Assembly: GCA_964230215.1 (NCBI GenBank)
Contig: CAXRGQ010000006.1
Location: 475,652 to 539,651 of the forward strand
From: Flavobacteriales bacterium
GTDB taxonomy: Bacteria; Bacteroidota; Bacteroidia; Flavobacteriales_D; JAUILH01
DNA: 64,000 nt
Direction of reading: 5' to 3'
Part shown: in pieces, positions 30,510 to 41,667 of the stretch
How positions within the stretch are numbered: the stretch's first letter is position 1
Layout of the letters: the number at the start of each line of letters is the position of its first letter
Position numbers and translations under genes: made by a program
The notes under the pieces: model-generated
What the model was told of the DNA's origin: nothing
Databases searched by the model: none
What the model saw: the letters and a program-made list of their open reading frames with translations, nothing else

Positions 30510-31634
30510 ATGCAAAAAGTGATAGTTGGCACCAATCAACTCAGTTATTTGGAGCAAAGGAACTTTGCCGGACTTGATTACAATGGGCAAATTGCTCATA
30601 AAAAAATCCACGATTTATATAAGATATATAACTTCATTCTCTTTAAGACCACCAACAAGATCAACCCTAATTATCAGTTCAGTTTTCGTGATTTTGGTTT
30701 AAACAATGTAGACATCTATCACTTTTTCTCTAGCATATATTATGGAAAAAAACCTTGGATTGTCACATCTTCGACACCCTTACCTAGATGGACCAAGAAT
30801 CACAAGAAAGGTCTCGATCGGTTAGTGCACCCCAGTTGTAAGAAAATCATCCTTCTAAGTAAGAACTGTTATGATAAGCAACAAGAGTTGTTATCTAATT
30901 ACCCGGAATACTCTCGCGCAATCAATGAGAAAACTACTATCATAAGTCCATCGCAAGATTTACTCGTTTCCAATTACCAAGAGAAAGTATTAAATACCAA
31001 AAATCTTGTTTTCACTGTAGTTGGGCATCAGATATTAATCAAGGGAGGTTTAGAAATTGTAAGGTGTTTCAATCGTCTTCATAGTGAAGCCATTTCTTCT
31101 ATACAGCTAAACATAGTTTCGGCTTTACATCCATCTAATTATTTGGATTACGATGACTCACGAAAGGATATCAATTTTATTAAAAAGAGTATTAATGACA
31201 ATCCTTTGATCAATCATTTTCCATCACTCCCAAACCATGAGGTGATCAAACTATTAAAGTCTACTCATGTTGCACTGCTGCCTTCATACGGAGACACTTT
31301 TGGATATTCTGTCCTTGAATCTCAAGCGTGTGGATGTCCCGTTATTTCAACCAACATTTCCGCATTAGAGGAAATTAATAACGATAGTATTGGTTGGATA
31401 ATTCCAGTACCTTTAAAAGAAGGTAAAAGAGCTAATATTGTCGATAAAACGAGTAGAGTGGCATTTTCCGAGATTCTAGAAAATGGTTTATATAAAACAA
31501 TAAAGTCTATTATTGACACACCTCACATCATAGAAGATAAGGGAACCTTGTCATTAAAGAACATCCAAGAAAATCATTCACCAAGCGATAGATCAATTCT
31601 CCTCAAAAATATCTATCTTTCGGCTTTAAAATAG
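30510..31634 (+). CDS. Glycosyltransferase family 4
   Basis: 374 aa. E-x7-E region LPSYGDTFGYSVLESQACGCPVISTN. Confidence 0.82.
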   Translation: MQKVIVGTNQLSYLEQRNFAGLDYNGQIAHKKIHDLYKIYNFILFKTTNKINPNYQFSFRDFGLNNVDIYHFFSSIYYGKKPWIVTSSTPLPRWTKNHKKGLDRLVHPSCKKIILLSKNCYDKQQELLSNYPEYSRAINEKTTIISPSQDLLVSNYQEKVLNTKNLVFTVVGHQILIKGGLEIVRCFNRLHSEAISSIQLNIVSALHPSNYLDYDDSRKDINFIKKSINDNPLINHFPSLPNHEVIKLLKSTHVALLPSYGDTFGYSVLESQACGCPVISTNISALEEINNDSIGWIIPVPLKEGKRANIVDKTSRVAFSEILENGLYKTIKSIIDTPHIIEDKGTLSLKNIQENHSPSDRSILLKNIYLSALK

Positions 31635-31641
31635 AATTATA

Positions 31642-32559
31642 ATGGCAAAGATATTGGTTACTGGCGGGGCCGGATTTATTGGAAGTCACTTAGTTGACAA
31701 ACTTGTTGAGGGAGGTCATGAGGTGATAGTATGCGACATATTGCTAAGAGGCAACAAAATTCCTGCAGAAACCATGAAAAAAATAGACTTTCACAAAATT
31801 GATGTGAAGTCAAAAAATGAAATTATTGACTTAGTAAAAGGATGTGATTTCATCTACCATTTTGCTGCAGTTCTCGGGGTGGATGTAGTAGCAGACAATC
31901 CTGTTGAAACAATGGATACAGAGGTGATAGGTATGAGAAATATCGTGGAGGCGGCTCAAATTCATGGTGTCAAAAAAATCATTTACGCCTCAACTAGTGG
32001 TATTTATGGTCATTCAGCGATAACAGAAAGTGTTAAGGAGGATATTATTGTAGATCCAAGGACCAGTTACGCAATTGCAAAAAGATACAACGAAATTTAT
32101 CTGGGTGCAATGCATGAAGAAAAGGGTCTAAACAGTGTATCGTTAAGATTCTTTAATGTCTATGGTAAAAGACAGGATAACAGAATGGTAATTCCAAGAT
32201 TTATCGAACAAGCCAACAGTGGTAAAGACATTACTGTATTTGGTGATGGAAATCAAACAAGAGATTTTACTTATATCGATGACACTATTAAGGCTTGTTT
32301 AGCATTCCTTGACAACGTGAACGGCTGCGAGATTTTGAATATTGCTAATGAAACAGAATTTACTATTGGCGAGCTTGCAAAAACTATAAAGGATATTACT
32401 TCTTCGTCATCCAGCATAAAGCACATTGACGCGCCTAAGAAAAGATATGACTATGAAGTTGAGAGACGCGTAGGAAGCTCAGAAAAGTTGTTCAACGCTA
32501 TTGGCTATAAGCCCGATACAAATCTAAGGGATGGCTTAAGATTGTTACTCGAAGAATAA
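31642..32559 (+). CDS. NAD-dependent sugar epimerase/dehydratase
   Basis: 305 aa. VTGGAGFIGSHL and catalytic YAIAK. Confidence 0.88.
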   Translation: MAKILVTGGAGFIGSHLVDKLVEGGHEVIVCDILLRGNKIPAETMKKIDFHKIDVKSKNEIIDLVKGCDFIYHFAAVLGVDVVADNPVETMDTEVIGMRNIVEAAQIHGVKKIIYASTSGIYGHSAITESVKEDIIVDPRTSYAIAKRYNEIYLGAMHEEKGLNSVSLRFFNVYGKRQDNRMVIPRFIEQANSGKDITVFGDGNQTRDFTYIDDTIKACLAFLDNVNGCEILNIANETEFTIGELAKTIKDITSSSSSIKHIDAPKKRYDYEVERRVGSSEKLFNAIGYKPDTNLRDGLRLLLEE

Positions 32560-33726
32560 GCTATCATAAAACTCTTTTGATTTATCACTGGTAAGATTAT
32601 TACCGACAAAGTCAAACGCTTTTTTCCCAATCTCTGCACGTTTGTTTTCGTCTGTGATTAAGTCTTGTAAGACTGCTACTAGACTTTCGTAATTTTCCCA
32701 TTCAAATAACTCGATATTTTCACCATTATCAAAAATATCCTTGATGGTTGGTGTATCTGGTGCAATCGATGGTATTTTTATCATTGAATACTCAAAAACT
32801 TTTGTTGGTATTCCGTACCAATTTGATCCAGGCATAACGCCTATGTGTAAAATCGACTTGTAGTGATTAAGCCGTTCACCGTCTACAAAACCAGTAAATA
32901 TGATTGCTTTATTCGATTTCAAACTGTTGGCTAGCTGCTTATCCTTAATAAATGTTTCACCACTACCAATAAGATAGAGCTTAAGGTTTGGGTTTTTTGC
33001 ATATATTTCATCAAACGCACGAATTAATAAGTCGACCCTATGCCAATGCATAAATGACCCAATAAACCCAATATTTATTACATCCTGTTCTATTGTCCTA
33101 CTCATGGGCGTCAACCTTGAATAATCAAGACTCTGAAATATGCTTATTCTCCCCTTAGCTCCTAGTCCCATCAGATAGTCCTTTACCGGGTTAGAATAAC
33201 AGATGATTCTATCGGCATTGGATATAGCACGTTTCTGAGCAAGCTCCATTTTGGATTTTTCAGGCACGCTAATCCCCCATATATCTTCATATTGTTCAAC
33301 CACAGGGCTATCATAATATAAAACGTACTCTGCATTATAATATTTGGCTAATGCAGGACCACATGAACTTCCAAGCTTGTACAGTTCAAATACATAATCA
33401 ATCTTATTAAACCCTCTACCTTCCAAATCCTTCCTCAGATTATCACTATTTTTAAGTAATCGTCGCATTTTTAATCTTTCCTTGATTCTTTTTGGAATCA
33501 TTGAGGTTATCATGGCTTTAATCCCCATTGAACTTGGCGGATCTGATGCTTTCTTGGAACTACTCACATCTAATTCAATTCCATTAACGAGGATATTATG
33601 ATTATCCGAAAGATTAATCAAAACACTTAGCAAAATAGAGTCAATAGCAGATCTCCGATTATATATGTTATAATTGATTTCGTTGCAAATAAATAGTATC
33701 GTTTTCGGTCTTTTATTCTCCATCAT
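32545..33726 (-). CDS. Glycosyltransferase (GT-B, GT4-like)
   Basis: 393 aa. The C-terminal half carries GSGE...FTGFV and PTKVFEYSMIKIPSIAPD, a degenerate E-x7-E motif. Confidence 0.7.
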   Translation of the reverse strand: MMENKRPKTILFICNEINYNIYNRRSAIDSILLSVLINLSDNHNILVNGIELDVSSSKKASDPPSSMGIKAMITSMIPKRIKERLKMRRLLKNSDNLRKDLEGRGFNKIDYVFELYKLGSSCGPALAKYYNAEYVLYYDSPVVEQYEDIWGISVPEKSKMELAQKRAISNADRIICYSNPVKDYLMGLGAKGRISIFQSLDYSRLTPMSRTIEQDVINIGFIGSFMHWHRVDLLIRAFDEIYAKNPNLKLYLIGSGETFIKDKQLANSLKSNKAIIFTGFVDGERLNHYKSILHIGVMPGSNWYGIPTKVFEYSMIKIPSIAPDTPTIKDIFDNGENIELFEWENYESLVAVLQDLITDENKRAEIGKKAFDFVGNNLTSDKSKEFYDSLFFE

Positions 33727-34778
33727 TTGTAGGCAAATCGGTTCTTGATTTTATTTATCGGCTTCTCAATTAAAAACCACGACACACTTGCGATGACTAT
33801 TGTGGCTAACACCTTGGTAATTGCACCAGTATAACCTGCTATTGGCAATTCTAAATCAATGGTCTGAAGTACCTTGTTAATCGGCGTTATTATATGTATG
33901 GCCAGAAAATGATATACATATAGACCATAACTGATTTTTCCAAGATAAGTTAGTATCGATGAGCCTGCTATTTTACCAACAAAGCCACTAAATCCAGTCA
34001 CAAACTTTGAAACGATTATCGTTACAAATATCAGATGAATAATAAAGTAAACACCTCTGTCAATCTTAATCCCATAATAAAACTCTGCAAATGCAATAAA
34101 GAGAATACTTAGCAATACATATCCTAAATATTTACTCAGTTTACTTATATAATCAGACTTATATAATTCGAAATATCCCAACAATCCTCCCATGCCAAGA
34201 TAAGCCAGACTGTTAATGGTTCGAGCAGCTAAAAATCCTTTATCCAAATAGTCGAATAGATATTTACCCGCAACCCCAAGTAAGAAAACGAATAGAATTG
34301 TTTTCACCAGCTTATTTTTAGCAAGTGAAACACCGAATATTATTAATGGCCAGATGAGATAGAATTGCTCTTCCACCGCCAAACTCCAAAAATGCGGGGT
34401 AACTCCAGAAAAGTCACCATCAAATCCCATTTTAAAATTTGATATATAAAACAAATCATACCAAAAATATGACCGATAATCGCTAGGATTAATGAGAATT
34501 AGATAGAAGATTGATAAGTAATAGATGGGGAAAATCCTAAAAAACCTTCGAATGTAAAAGGTTTTGAGATTTAGTTTAATCGGCTTATTATTGGTTTTAT
34601 TCAGCAGTAAAATGCGCGTAATTAGAAAACCACTAATTACAAAAAATATTTCAACGCCGGTAAAATGATGAAATACTGTTGTAAACAAATTATCTCCCCC
34701 CATAATCGGTAGGTGGTGAAAAATCACAATGAATACCGAAACTGCCCTAAGCGCATCAATATGTGGAAAATACTTCAC
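33723..34778 (-). CDS. Membrane acyltransferase family 3
   Basis: 351 aa and polytopic. IDALRAVSVFIVIFHH and FFVISGFLITR. Confidence 0.88.
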   Translation of the reverse strand: MKYFPHIDALRAVSVFIVIFHHLPIMGGDNLFTTVFHHFTGVEIFFVISGFLITRILLLNKTNNKPIKLNLKTFYIRRFFRIFPIYYLSIFYLILINPSDYRSYFWYDLFYISNFKMGFDGDFSGVTPHFWSLAVEEQFYLIWPLIIFGVSLAKNKLVKTILFVFLLGVAGKYLFDYLDKGFLAARTINSLAYLGMGGLLGYFELYKSDYISKLSKYLGYVLLSILFIAFAEFYYGIKIDRGVYFIIHLIFVTIIVSKFVTGFSGFVGKIAGSSILTYLGKISYGLYVYHFLAIHIITPINKVLQTIDLELPIAGYTGAITKVLATIVIASVSWFLIEKPINKIKNRFAYK

Positions 34779-34792
34779 CTTATTCTAATCCT

Positions 34793-35710
34793 CTATTTTG
34801 ATCGCCATTGATCTATTCTTAATAACAATTTTAACCCAAACAAATTACCAAGCTTATTTTTCTTTGAACTTAAGAAAAAATCAATTGGTTTATCTACCCA
34901 AGTAAATATTGAACATGCGGCCTTCGATATGTCCTGCTTGCCATGGACAGCTGCATTGTAGATAATCCGTGCAATGTAAGCGGCAACTCTACTATTGTAC
35001 GAAGGGTTTGACTTAATATCTATGCATAGTGAGTTTAAAATCTCGATTTGAACATTGCTTACTTTAAGCCAATTAGAAGACACAGAATTCTCAGTTCGTC
35101 TAATTTTAAACCCATTTCCAGAAACATATTTGAAGTTATACCCCATTAAAACTAACCTCAAATTAAACTCCCAATCCTGCGCGCAACTTAAATTCTCATT
35201 ATACCGATTCTCTGATATTACAGACCTCCTATACAATGGATTTATCGTGCTAATCACGCTCGTTATGGCAACTTCCAACGCATTGTTTTCAATCTTTTCA
35301 AATGTTTTCTTATTGATTTTATTAGCTAAATCAACTGAGAACGTCTCATAATCTGACACAACAATATCAACATCTTGACCAAAGCCACTTAATTGTTTCT
35401 CTATTTTATTCAATTCCAATATATCGTCTGCATCTAAAAATTGAATGTATTGTCCGCTAGATTTATCAAATCCAAGATTTCTAGCAGCACTTGCCCCCGC
35501 ATTTGGGATGTGATGAACAACTATATTTTCATGCTTCTTTGAATACTTATTTAGTATCTCCTCTGTTCCGTCATTAGAGCCATCATTAATGCAAATTATC
35601 TCAATATTATTATGCGACTGGTGCAAAGCAGATTCAATGCATTCTGAAACGTACAATTCGCAATTATAGCATGGTATTATTATAGAAACCAAGTCAGCCA
35701 TTTTTGTCAA
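34793..35710 (-). CDS. Glycosyltransferase family 2
   Basis: 305 aa. VSIIIPCYNCELYV, INDGSNDGT and LDADD. Confidence 0.88.
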   Translation of the reverse strand: MTKMADLVSIIIPCYNCELYVSECIESALHQSHNNIEIICINDGSNDGTEEILNKYSKKHENIVVHHIPNAGASAARNLGFDKSSGQYIQFLDADDILELNKIEKQLSGFGQDVDIVVSDYETFSVDLANKINKKTFEKIENNALEVAITSVISTINPLYRRSVISENRYNENLSCAQDWEFNLRLVLMGYNFKYVSGNGFKIRRTENSVSSNWLKVSNVQIEILNSLCIDIKSNPSYNSRVAAYIARIIYNAAVHGKQDISKAACSIFTWVDKPIDFFLSSKKNKLGNLFGLKLLLRIDQWRSK

Positions 35711-36656
35711 GATTTAAAAATGCAGCCCCACTTTCTATAGCTTGATTACGATGATTTACTATTACTGATTGTAAGGATTTAATGGACTTTCGAATTCTAT
35801 TATATTGATAACAGTGCTTCCAGTTCAGTTTTACGCAAGTGCTTACCACCTTTCTGTTTAAATCTGTTAGAACACTATTTTTTATATCCTCATACCCCAA
35901 ATTTGGGTTTAACAGTTTCACCTTAATTTGAACCTCAAATTTTTTAATCCTCTTCATGGCCTCTTCTGACATAGACTGAGTTGGTCTGCTTATCTCACTT
36001 GCATTGTGTCTTGCATGTGCAACACGAGATGAAGGCACTAAACCAAGTTTAAAGCTGTGATAATGCAGCCTATCGATATAATTATCGTCCTCGCCATACA
36101 TAAAAAATAATGGGTCAAATCCTCCTATAATGGAAATAGCTTTTCGGGATATCATCCAAGCCGCAGCATTTAAAAAACGCGCTTCATATACATTTTTAAG
36201 CTCTCCAGTCTCCAGATCATCTTGGTAATTCTGTGTATAGTCAGCCTTCAAATATCTTGCAAATTGGTACTCCACCTCCGTCCAATTCTCATTAAACTGC
36301 ACTGGTGCAACAATTCCATAATTCGAATTACTCTCGAGCACATCAATAAGACTATTTAAACTAGATTCTTCAACCCAAGCGTCTTGATTTAGCAAAAAAA
36401 CATAATCTGCACCGTTATTATAGGCCATTTCAATACCAATATTATTGGCACGTCCAAATCCCAAATTTTGCTCGCTTTCAATCAGTTTAACTTGAGGGAA
36501 TTCGTTTTTGATTATGGACACAGTGTCATCGCTTGAAGCGTTATCAATCACAACAACCGTAGTAGAAATATTACTTATTGCCAAACTTCCTAAACACTCT
36601 CTAATGTATCGCTCATTATTGAATGTAACTATGATAGTCCAAATACTCTTATCCAT
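35694..36656 (-). CDS. Glycosyltransferase family 2 (rhamnosyltransferase-like)
   Basis: 320 aa. TIIVTFNNERYI, IDNASSDDT and MYGEDDNY. Confidence 0.85.
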   Translation of the reverse strand: MDKSIWTIIVTFNNERYIRECLGSLAISNISTTVVVIDNASSDDTVSIIKNEFPQVKLIESEQNLGFGRANNIGIEMAYNNGADYVFLLNQDAWVEESSLNSLIDVLESNSNYGIVAPVQFNENWTEVEYQFARYLKADYTQNYQDDLETGELKNVYEARFLNAAAWMISRKAISIIGGFDPLFFMYGEDDNYIDRLHYHSFKLGLVPSSRVAHARHNASEISRPTQSMSEEAMKRIKKFEVQIKVKLLNPNLGYEDIKNSVLTDLNRKVVSTCVKLNWKHCYQYNRIRKSIKSLQSVIVNHRNQAIESGAAFLNLDKNG

Positions 36657-36695
36657 TGTCCACTGTTATCATATATGACAAATATACGTATTGCG

Positions 36696-37574
36696 TTACT
36701 CACCCAAATAATGCTCCATACCTGCAGCTTTTAAAGTTGCTTTGATTTCATCATAGTTAGACAATACATCCCTCGGAGATCCAGATATTTTCTTTAGAGG
36801 TGTGCTCAAATCAGCTCTAGGAATACCCAAAAACTCGAGAACAGGATTGGCACTTTCTGCCGCTTTATCCCGGAAATCCTCGTAATACACCTTTAAATAA
36901 TTATCTCCACTATAACACCGTTCCCATTTTCTATCCTCTATTAACTGATTGTTGATATTCTCAACTAAAAATGATGGATTAATCTCTATTCTATCGTCTA
37001 CTACTTTATCTTCGGTATGCCATGAATTTCTCGCTTTAGCTAACTTTCTTGAGATAATTCTTTCCAGCTTATTTTTGCGTATTAGATGAATAATTTTCAC
37101 TTCTTTTTGCTTTAGATAATTCATCAAAAAATTATTCTGCAATTCGTAATACATGATGTTAAAACCAATGCATTTTTCAATCTCGAAATTCACATTTGGC
37201 ACATACTCTTCCCACGATTCAATTTTTGTCCAAGGTGCTGAATGTTTGGGGTTATTGAATAAGTCATCCATAAACTCGGACAATAGCCGAGTGACAAAAC
37301 CATTATTGGCATGCACAAGAGAATTGTGAAACTGCATTTTTCGATACAACAGCAGCTTTATTAATCTAGAATTTCCGTGATAATCCATCCAACGATATTT
37401 CGAATGATATTTTGGATGCTTGGCAACAAATTGACTAATGGCATCTTTAGCCCCCGACTCCTTCAAGAAAACCTCATCATGGCAGCGAATATCTGGATGA
37501 CTATTTAACAAAAGCCTAAATGCTGTAGACCCAGTTCTCTGGGTTGACAATAATATAAATTTTTGTTTAGCCAT
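36696..37574 (-). CDS. Sulfotransferase (Stf0-like)
   Basis: 292 aa. PSB loop ILLSTQRTGSTAF and IIHLIRKNKLERIISRKLA. Confidence 0.8.
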   Translation of the reverse strand: MAKQKFILLSTQRTGSTAFRLLLNSHPDIRCHDEVFLKESGAKDAISQFVAKHPKYHSKYRWMDYHGNSRLIKLLLYRKMQFHNSLVHANNGFVTRLLSEFMDDLFNNPKHSAPWTKIESWEEYVPNVNFEIEKCIGFNIMYYELQNNFLMNYLKQKEVKIIHLIRKNKLERIISRKLAKARNSWHTEDKVVDDRIEINPSFLVENINNQLIEDRKWERCYSGDNYLKVYYEDFRDKAAESANPVLEFLGIPRADLSTPLKKISGSPRDVLSNYDEIKATLKAAGMEHYLGE

Positions 37575-38671
37575 TATAGTTCACTTTCAAATGCAACTAG
37601 TTCATTATATAATGTGGATTGGGATACCTCCATAGAGTAATTCATAGCTTTATTATGGAGACTTCTACTATCGAATAAAATCTCACCCCTCATCACCTTA
37701 ATTATTAATTCACTCAATCCATGATGATCATCTTTCGCTGAAGTTATTAAATCTTCCGTCAACGTCTCTTGGGGTCCTCCACATCTTGTTGATACAACCG
37801 GAATACCGCGATAAGCGGCCTCCAACACGCTTATACCAAAAGACTCATTCTTAGAGGTACACAGATACCCATCCGCATCATTAATATAATCATGGTAACA
37901 TTCATCTTGCCATCCAACAAAACGTATACTACCTTCGAGATCACCACTTTTCTCCGTAAGCACTTGTTTGCCAATAGGACTTTCCAAATCGCCTCCAATC
38001 CATGTGAAGGTCGTTTCAGGAAACTCCTTTAAGACCTCCTTTGCCACTTCAACAAACAGAATTGGATTCTTGTTAGCGTCCATATTACCAACGGTTATCC
38101 AATGCCAACAATCAACTCTTTCGCTCGTTTTAGGTGTGATTTTGCTGAAATCAATTGGTGGATATAGGACTTTTGTCAACCCTTTCCCAAACTTTTGAAT
38201 ATCATGCGAACACTTATTTGAACTACAGTAAATCTTTTGAGCACTACTTACCGCATTGTAAACATTTGTTTTTCCAATTTTTAATAAGCGCTCTTCTAGT
38301 TCGTGACAATATGCTATGTATGGTGCATTAACCTTATTAACGACATTAAAAAACCGCATCATCACAAACGTATTGATAAACCAAAAATCCGGTTTCTCCT
38401 TATCATGAATTCTCCACAAAATATCTTCACGCATATCTTTTCTCTTGAGCTTTGATATCAACCTCCACTTCCATCTTTGCGATATCTCATGCAGATAATA
38501 TGTTTTTATGCTTTGTGGCACCTTAGCTTGTAAGCTCCCTTTAAACCCAGATACTAGGATAATTTTAAATCTATTTTGAATATTTATGCTTTTCAGCAGA
38601 TTTACTAGGCACACCTCTGCTCCATTAGAATCCAGGTAGGGCGTACAGATTAGTATAGTTTTCCTACTCAT
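37574..38671 (-). CDS. Glycosyltransferase family 4
   Basis: 365 aa. E-x7-E region TSKNESFGISVLEAAYRGIPVVSTRCGG. Confidence 0.85.
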   Translation of the reverse strand: MSRKTILICTPYLDSNGAEVCLVNLLKSINIQNRFKIILVSGFKGSLQAKVPQSIKTYYLHEISQRWKWRLISKLKRKDMREDILWRIHDKEKPDFWFINTFVMMRFFNVVNKVNAPYIAYCHELEERLLKIGKTNVYNAVSSAQKIYCSSNKCSHDIQKFGKGLTKVLYPPIDFSKITPKTSERVDCWHWITVGNMDANKNPILFVEVAKEVLKEFPETTFTWIGGDLESPIGKQVLTEKSGDLEGSIRFVGWQDECYHDYINDADGYLCTSKNESFGISVLEAAYRGIPVVSTRCGGPQETLTEDLITSAKDDHHGLSELIIKVMRGEILFDSRSLHNKAMNYSMEVSQSTLYNELVAFESEL

Positions 38672-39633
38672 TTATTGAAAAATATTTTCGGAATTAATCT
38701 CTGACGTGTGACCATTTTATTTAACTCCCTCTTGTCCAGCTTTTCAAGTTGATTAACATCTATCTGGTCCACATATTCTTTAAACTCTTTAAACTGCCTT
38801 TGGGCATAAGTGTTGACTGCTCGCTTAAAAAAGAACTTAGCTATAAAACGGTCTACAATAGATGAATTGTAAAGTTCAGATGAAATATTGAAGGCTTGGC
38901 TATTACCTGTCTCTCTGAACAGCTTTACTTCTTTCCAGAACTGATCTTTATGCAATTCAAATGCATTGATATCCTGCCCAGTCTTTGATGCGTCATGCAT
39001 TCTAAATCTTGAAAATACGGTATCTACCTCAATGATTGAATCATTCGCATGCGTCAATAAAAACCTAAAGTACCATTCGTAGTCCATAATATAATGGAGT
39101 GATTCATTCAAATAACCCATTTTTTTTATGGCTGTGCTCGAATAATATGTTGACGGTTGTTTTATAACAATATTATTCAATGTATCTGTAAGGGTTTCTC
39201 TTTTGGCTTTCTTGTCATACAGCCAATTTTCAGTGCCAATCACATTAATACTGCCAATGATGCAATCTGGTTGTTCATTTTCCAGATAGATAGCACCAAT
39301 CTCATTTAAAGCTCCATTTTCTACAATGTCATCACTATTAATCCAATTAAACAAATCACCAGAAGCCATGCGTAAGCCTTTATTGATTGCGTTGCTCTGT
39401 CCACCATCTTTCTTTGATTCCCAGTAATGGATGTGCTTCTCGTATTTCTTAATTATATCGACGGTTTCATCCGTGCTTCCACCATCCATTATGATATATT
39501 CCAGGTTTGGATAATTCTGATCTAGAATAGAATTAATCGTCTCTTCGATGAAAGCTCCTTGATTGTATGAAGGGGTTACAATTGTTATTTTCGGCAGTGT
39601 TTGCATTATTGCAAAATTAGAAAGAATGTGCAA
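38668..39633 (-). CDS. Glycosyltransferase family 2
   Basis: 321 aa. ITIVTPSYNQGAFIEETINSIL, MDGGSTDET and NSDD. Confidence 0.88.
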   Translation of the reverse strand: MHILSNFAIMQTLPKITIVTPSYNQGAFIEETINSILDQNYPNLEYIIMDGGSTDETVDIIKKYEKHIHYWESKKDGGQSNAINKGLRMASGDLFNWINSDDIVENGALNEIGAIYLENEQPDCIIGSINVIGTENWLYDKKAKRETLTDTLNNIVIKQPSTYYSSTAIKKMGYLNESLHYIMDYEWYFRFLLTHANDSIIEVDTVFSRFRMHDASKTGQDINAFELHKDQFWKEVKLFRETGNSQAFNISSELYNSSIVDRFIAKFFFKRAVNTYAQRQFKEFKEYVDQIDVNQLEKLDKRELNKMVTRQRLIPKIFFNK

Positions 39634-39697
39634 TCCCGACCTACATTATTAATTTTTGGTGTATTATCGTATATAAAAATGATTTTTTTGCAGGTAA

Positions 39698-40720
39698 ATG
39701 AGCAATACAGGGAAAGCTGAAATAAGGAAATTAAACACAATTCGTGGCATTGCTGCTTTGATAGTTCTGGTCTCGCATTATTCAAATGATGTAAAGCTAT
39801 TCGATGGGTATCTGGGAAATGGATCAGGTCAAATTGGTGTGATGTTGTTTTTTATACTTAGCGGTTTTCTAATGGCTCACCTTTACATCAACAGACCCTG
39901 GAATGCAGATCAGTCAAAAAACTTTCTGGTGGCAAGGGTGGCACGTGTATTGCCCCTTTTTTACCTTGTTGTATTACTGTCCTATCTCCTAACACAGTTT
40001 ACCAATTTTAGATTTATGTATCCGATTGACGGATTGTCTGATTTTTTATCCCATACCTTATTACTTTCCGGAAAATCTATACTCTGGACAATTCCAGCCG
40101 AAATTCACTTTTACCTAATATTTGTTTTTCTTTGGTTGCTTTATTTCAAGCACAAACTTGCATTCTATATAAGCATTACAATAATCACTTTACTTGCACT
40201 ATTTTTTAGGCTTGACACTTACAACTACGCTTTAGGTTCATTAGACCTAAAACTCTCCATTCTATGGGCAATACCTTACTTTCTGATTGGATGTTTTTTT
40301 GGGATCATTTATACACGTGTAGAATTCAAAAAACACGGTGTATTTGTACTTGCCCTGCCTGCATTAATGATAATCTACCCAAATATATTTGTGGATATAT
40401 TTGGTATGAATCACACAATGTGGAACTCTCCATTAATTTTTGCTTTCTTGTCTGTAGTGTTTTTTGCTGTGGTATTCCTGACGCCAGACTCCAATAGGTT
40501 TTTAGCAAATAAAATTGGTGATTTCTTAGGTAAAATAAGCTACTCATTATATTTATGGCACTTGCCAATTTTAATAATATTATACCCTTACGCTAAAAGC
40601 AATCCATTAATTTTCTTTTTCATTTTTCTGGCAATTTCTCTTGTTGCATCCTACTTGTCATTTAAACTTTTTGAATCACCATGCAGAAAGTATTTGAAGC
40701 GCCTAATTGATAAGAGGTAA
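39698..40720 (+). CDS. Membrane acyltransferase family 3
   Basis: 340 aa and polytopic. LNTIRGIAALIVLVSHY and MLFFILSGFLM. Confidence 0.88.
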   Translation: MSNTGKAEIRKLNTIRGIAALIVLVSHYSNDVKLFDGYLGNGSGQIGVMLFFILSGFLMAHLYINRPWNADQSKNFLVARVARVLPLFYLVVLLSYLLTQFTNFRFMYPIDGLSDFLSHTLLLSGKSILWTIPAEIHFYLIFVFLWLLYFKHKLAFYISITIITLLALFFRLDTYNYALGSLDLKLSILWAIPYFLIGCFFGIIYTRVEFKKHGVFVLALPALMIIYPNIFVDIFGMNHTMWNSPLIFAFLSVVFFAVVFLTPDSNRFLANKIGDFLGKISYSLYLWHLPILIILYPYAKSNPLIFFFIFLAISLVASYLSFKLFESPCRKYLKRLIDKR

Positions 40721-40777
40721 GACACCTGTTCCACTGCTATGTTCACCACATCTAATAATTCATTAAATTTGTGTAAG

Positions 40778-41665
40778 ATGAAAAAATGGGTGTTTCATAT
40801 GTCTTGGCTGATGATGTGTTGTTTGCACTGCTCTGCTCAAATAACAATTTTGGGCAACACCAATGTTGTTCTTCATAGCGGCACACAGCTCAAAACGGGA
40901 TCTCTAACGGACACAATCTATGTTAATGCGGGCGCAAATTTCGTAAACGATGGCATTGTTGAATTGGATTCACTAGGATATATATCAGACGAACAAAGCC
41001 CTATTACAGGAATGGGACTTGAACATTATAGAAAAGACCTATTAAACTCGGTTTCATCAGTTAATCCAGGTGGACTGGGATTCATCTTCAACTCTAATAC
41101 ACAGGATTCTATTGGGATTAGCCGTTATCACTCATCTTTTTCAATTGGAGGCGGATCGTCAGTTAACAGATATTATTCAGTTAATAGGGGTAATCCAACT
41201 TCCCAGACTATTTCATTCGATTCACACAGCAGCGAATTAAATGGAAATATAGGTGCTGATCTAATTTTGGCAAGTTCTTTTGATAATGGGGTGACATGGG
41301 AGTTCACGCTTGGCACCACCGATCAAATTAACACACGACTGGATGGAGTGTTGGTTGATTCGTTTGCCATCCATACTTTAATCGACTACAGTGTTGTTGC
41401 AAATGTAGCGGATGAAACTAAGACTCTAGAACTTGATTTTTATCCAAATCCAGTTAATGCCGGGGGTGAAATGATTGTGGTTACAAACGATCATGAAAAA
41501 TGCCTGCTCATTATAAGTGATATGCAAGGACGTATAGTTTATACAACAAAGCTTAGCGCAGCGATTACGCATTTATCACTTTACAATGAAATAGCTCCTG
41601 GACTTTACAATGTAACAGTTTTCGATGATAGTAGCTCTAATTCAAAAAAGCTAGTGGTTAAATAA
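40778..41665 (+). CDS. Secreted protein with T9SS (Por) C-terminal sorting domain
   Basis: Signal peptide MKKWVFHMSWLMMCCLHCSAQ, with the start trimmed from 40739. The C-terminal roughly 80 aa match the T9SS CTD pattern (LDFYPNPVNAGGEMIVV ... GLYNVTVFDDSSSNSKKLVVK). Confidence 0.8.
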   Translation: MKKWVFHMSWLMMCCLHCSAQITILGNTNVVLHSGTQLKTGSLTDTIYVNAGANFVNDGIVELDSLGYISDEQSPITGMGLEHYRKDLLNSVSSVNPGGLGFIFNSNTQDSIGISRYHSSFSIGGGSSVNRYYSVNRGNPTSQTISFDSHSSELNGNIGADLILASSFDNGVTWEFTLGTTDQINTRLDGVLVDSFAIHTLIDYSVVANVADETKTLELDFYPNPVNAGGEMIVVTNDHEKCLLIISDMQGRIVYTTKLSAAITHLSLYNEIAPGLYNVTVFDDSSSNSKKLVVK

Positions 41666-41667
41666 AT